From Planctomycetota bacterium (GTDB lineage: Bacteria; Planctomycetota; B15-G4; JADJEK01), in NCBI GenBank assembly GCA_044225365.1, contig JBGAIQ010000075.1, forward strand, positions 1-23,423: 23,423 nucleotides of DNA, read 5' to 3'. Below are positions 20,534 through 23,423 of this stretch, piece after piece. How positions within the stretch are numbered: position 1 is the first letter of the stretch; the number at the start of each line of letters is the position of its first letter. A program made the position numbers and the translations under genes. The notes under the pieces were generated by a model. The model did not search any database. It was not told the DNA's origin and saw nothing but the letters and a program-made list of their open reading frames with translations.

Positions 20534-21175
20534 GTGAGCCACGAAGCGGACGCCGCGCGCGATTCCACCGAGCGCGAGCGCCAAATGAACGAACTCATGA
20601 CGCGGGCCGTCTCCGGAGACGCCACAGCTCGCGAGGAACTCCTCTTGCAGGAGCTTCCTCGACTTCGGGCCTTCATCCGTCTGCGCACCGGCGCCGCTCT
20701 GCGGGCGCGCGAATCGACCTCGGACCTACTCCAATCGGTGTGCCGTGAGATCCTCGCCGACCTCGGAAAGATGCAGTTCCAAGGCTCCGCCGCGTTTCGC
20801 CACTGGCTGTTCAAGACCGCGGAGCACAAGATCATCGATCGCGCGCGTCATCACGAAGCGTTGCGCCGGACCCCGAGCCGAAGTGAGGACGTGGCCGACT
20901 CGGTCCTCCGCGAGACCTTTGGCACCCTGATCACCCCATCGCGAGAGGCCGCCGCCCGCGAGGAGGTCCTGCGCCTCGAGGAAGCGTTCGCCAAGCTCTC
21001 CCCCGATCATCGCGAGGTCATCACTCTCGCAAAGATCGTGGGCCTCAGTCACCGGGAGATCGGTGAGGCGATGGATCGCACGGAAGCCGCGACGCGCATG
21101 CTGCTGTTCCGCGCGCTCGCGGAACTGTCGGATCTCGTGCAGGGGACGGGTTCGGGAGACCGCGCACCTTCGTGA
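20534..21175 (+). CDS. ECF-family RNA polymerase sigma factor, kinase-associated planctomycete type
   Basis: Region 2: GD..AREELL...LRAFI...SDLLQ...FRHWL...KIIDRAR. Linker TPSR. Region 4: L....REVI.L....GLSHREIGE.M.RTE.A.RMLL.RAL. Start is GTG 20534 or ATG 20585. Confidence 0.93.
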   Translation: MSHEADAARDSTERERQMNELMTRAVSGDATAREELLLQELPRLRAFIRLRTGAALRARESTSDLLQSVCREILADLGKMQFQGSAAFRHWLFKTAEHKIIDRARHHEALRRTPSRSEDVADSVLRETFGTLITPSREAAAREEVLRLEEAFAKLSPDHREVITLAKIVGLSHREIGEAMDRTEAATRMLLFRALAELSDLVQGTGSGDRAPS

Positions 21176-21202
21176 AAGGGTGCGCTCTACCGACACGTAG
21201 GA

Positions 21203-22984
21203 TCACGGAGTTCCGATCGAAACCACGTTCGTGAAGGTGCCGAAGGGCGCACCCGGAACCGCGACCAACTCGACGGCCTGTGCGAAGAACCTCGCTCCGG
21301 ATAGGAACGGGATCAACGGCATCGGCGCGAGCGTGTAGAAATTACTGGCGGTCGTCGAGTAGCTCCCCCCCGTCGCATTCGGGAAGATCACATACGGGTT
21401 CGCGACGTTCAAGAGAGAGCTATAGGCAACGCCGGCCAGGGTTGGATTGGTTGCCGGCGTGAAGGGTGGAACGGTCAAGTTCGTGTACGGTCCAGCACCA
21501 TTCGGGACCTCGAGGATGACGATGAACGGAGTAAAGGGCAGACGCGTCGTCACGGTCAACGACAATTGCTCGGAAGTCGAGACGACTGATTCCAAGTAGG
21601 GCGTGACCGCGGGCGCGTAGGGAAACACCGCGACCACGTTTCCGTTCTTGCGAATCGTCAACGTATGGAGCCCAGGCGGAACGGGAGCGTGAAATAGCAC
21701 GCTGATGCTCGAGCCAGGAATCACGTCCGTTACTACTTGCGGCTTGAGAGGCAGGATGTCTGTTTCCGGACCACAGGTCACTGCCCCTCCGGGCGGGGAA
21801 ATACAGACCAACCGACCGAGCGCCACGTCGACGCCGGCGGCGGTCCCACCCATGGGTAGATTCACTCCCGTGATGTTGAGGGTCGCATTGCCGGCCGAGT
21901 AATCCGACGTGTACGGCAGTACATTGTTGATGCTCGGAGCAAGATTCGTGGCGACGACCTTGGCTCGTGCTCCCAAGAGGTATCCGAGCATTCGCGCGCG
22001 CTGACCCTGGGTGAACGTCAATCCCGTTCCCTGCCAGCTCATGTCAGTGTAGTAGAATGCCATCGGGTTGTACTGAAGAGTCGCGGCGTCGGCCGTGCAC
22101 GCGGTTCCACCGAACACATACCATGCGGCGAGTAGAGAGATCGCCGGCGTGATCCCGGTTAGTACCGGCCACGGATCATAAGGAGTGTCCGAAACCAGGT
22201 CGCCCGTCGTAATGGACGTGGGGGAAAGACAGCTCGTCGGTGTCGCCGAGGGACCTCCCATTCCCGAAAGCGTGATCGCGGTGTTGTCAGTGTGGAGCAA
22301 CCCGAAGTAATGACCGAGCTCGTGAGCGAGAGTATTCGCGTAGAAGTTGAGTCGCCAAGAGAGCGGCATCGGGAGGGTCGAATTCGACATGAAGATGATG
22401 TCGTCCTCATCCGGATTCGATGAGAAAGTGTTCGACGACAATGGGAATGAGCACACTCCTCCGAGGGCGTTCCCGTTGAGTGTATCGCACAAGTAAACGT
22501 TGATCGCCCCGACCTCGAAGGCAAAGCGACGCGGATCGGCTTCGCAAGCAGCCTCCATCGCATCCTTCCAGGCCGAGCCGCTGCCGCCCATGCCGAGCCA
22601 AACCGTGTAGAAGGAGAACGGCCAGCTGGGATCGACCAGGTCCTGCACGGTCGTCGAGGAGACGGTGAAAGGCTGCAGCGTGATGTTCGCGCTGGTCGGA
22701 CTCGGCGAGGAATTCGTCAGGATCGCACTCGCCTTGGTGACGATCGTCGTCAACTTCGAGGCGAGGCTTGGATTGGATGATGTCGAGTTCGGTGGATCGA
22801 CCCAATCGGCGGCGGCGGCGGCGGTAGAACTTTGCGTACCCAGCGGCTGTCCGAGCACTCGAATGAAATGGATTCGGACCGGTGCTGGAGTCATCGTTTG
22901 CGAGAGCGCGGTGGTACCCGCGGCAGCGCACGCAATGCCGACGACGAAGGCGCACGCCCGGCGCGATGCTGGATACGAGAGCAT
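21203..22984 (-). CDS. Secreted M43 (pappalysin/ulilysin-family) zinc metalloprotease with Ig-like and C-terminal beta domains
   Basis: Signal peptide ending ALS-Q, HELGHYFGLLH (HExxHxxGxxH, 22292-22324), GDLVSDTP, Met-turn NPMAFY and FTQGQRARM; GAGGA RBS. Confidence 0.88.
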   Translation of the reverse strand: MLSYPASRRACAFVVGIACAAAGTTALSQTMTPAPVRIHFIRVLGQPLGTQSSTAAAAADWVDPPNSTSSNPSLASKLTTIVTKASAILTNSSPSPTSANITLQPFTVSSTTVQDLVDPSWPFSFYTVWLGMGGSGSAWKDAMEAACEADPRRFAFEVGAINVYLCDTLNGNALGGVCSFPLSSNTFSSNPDEDDIIFMSNSTLPMPLSWRLNFYANTLAHELGHYFGLLHTDNTAITLSGMGGPSATPTSCLSPTSITTGDLVSDTPYDPWPVLTGITPAISLLAAWYVFGGTACTADAATLQYNPMAFYYTDMSWQGTGLTFTQGQRARMLGYLLGARAKVVATNLAPSINNVLPYTSDYSAGNATLNITGVNLPMGGTAAGVDVALGRLVCISPPGGAVTCGPETDILPLKPQVVTDVIPGSSISVLFHAPVPPGLHTLTIRKNGNVVAVFPYAPAVTPYLESVVSTSEQLSLTVTTRLPFTPFIVILEVPNGAGPYTNLTVPPFTPATNPTLAGVAYSSLLNVANPYVIFPNATGGSYSTTASNFYTLAPMPLIPFLSGARFFAQAVELVAVPGAPFGTFTNVVSIGTP

Positions 22985-23152
22985 GGAATCCTCTGGATCG
23001 ATGATGGTGGACGACGATTCGAGACGCAGGGTGCGGGACCGCCATCAAGGAGCGACGCCGATCCGCCATCGTCACGCGAATTCAGGGAGATCATTGCCGC
23101 GAAACGGAGAAAGTGCAACCTGCGGCTCGACTTACGTGTTGCGAGACATCCC

Positions 23153-23423
23153 TCACATCGCCTTCAGCGCCTGCGCGAGATCCGCGATCTGATCCTCGGG
23201 ATGCTCGATCCCGACGCTGAGGCGGATCATTGCGGGCGTGATCCCCATGGCGCGCTGGTCCTCGGGGGCGATGTCGGAGTGCGTCATCGACGCCGGGTGC
23301 TCGGCGAGCGATTCGGTGCCGCCCAGGCTCACCGCGAGTTTGATCAGCTTCAACGCGTTCAGCAGCTTGAAGGCCTGCTTCTCTCCGCCGACGACATCGA
23401 ACGAGATCATCGAGCCCGCCGAG
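23153..23423 (-). CDS. C-terminal part of a Cys/Met-metabolism PLP enzyme (cystathionine gamma-synthase / methionine gamma-lyase family); 5' end lies outside the window
   Basis: [20 protein letters not shown] and IRLSVGIE; the frame is open to the window edge. Confidence 0.92.
   Translation of the reverse strand, partial: SAGSMISFDVVGGEKQAFKLLNALKLIKLAVSLGGTESLAEHPASMTHSDIAPEDQRAMGITPAMIRLSVGIEHPEDQIADLAQALKAM

Overview
High-GC bacterial chromosomal window; gene content suggests Planctomycetota (inference). Bases 82-11803 (- strand) hold a respiratory super-operon: alternative complex III (actA, actB, actC, a fused actD-actE, actF, actG), a SCO copper chaperone, caa3-type oxidase subunit II and an A2-type subunit I. 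No subunit III start is visible before the window edge. The operon is bracketed by copies of a REP-like palindrome: one at 41-64 and a tandem cluster at 11918-12088. On the + strand follow a small hypothetical protein with a sigma28-like promoter, a DoxX protein and a closely packed four-gene membrane cluster (SPFH/GYF_2, double zinc-ribbon, polytopic GT-C-like and discoidin-like proteins). The right end holds a membrane Ser/Thr kinase with TPRs, divergent from an ECF sigma factor whose DAED motif reads STSD. Beyond these lie a secreted M43 metalloprotease with no visible pro-peptide and an unnamed C-terminal domain, and the 3' end of a Cys/Met-metabolism PLP enzyme. All calls come from reading motifs by eye; no database searches were run.
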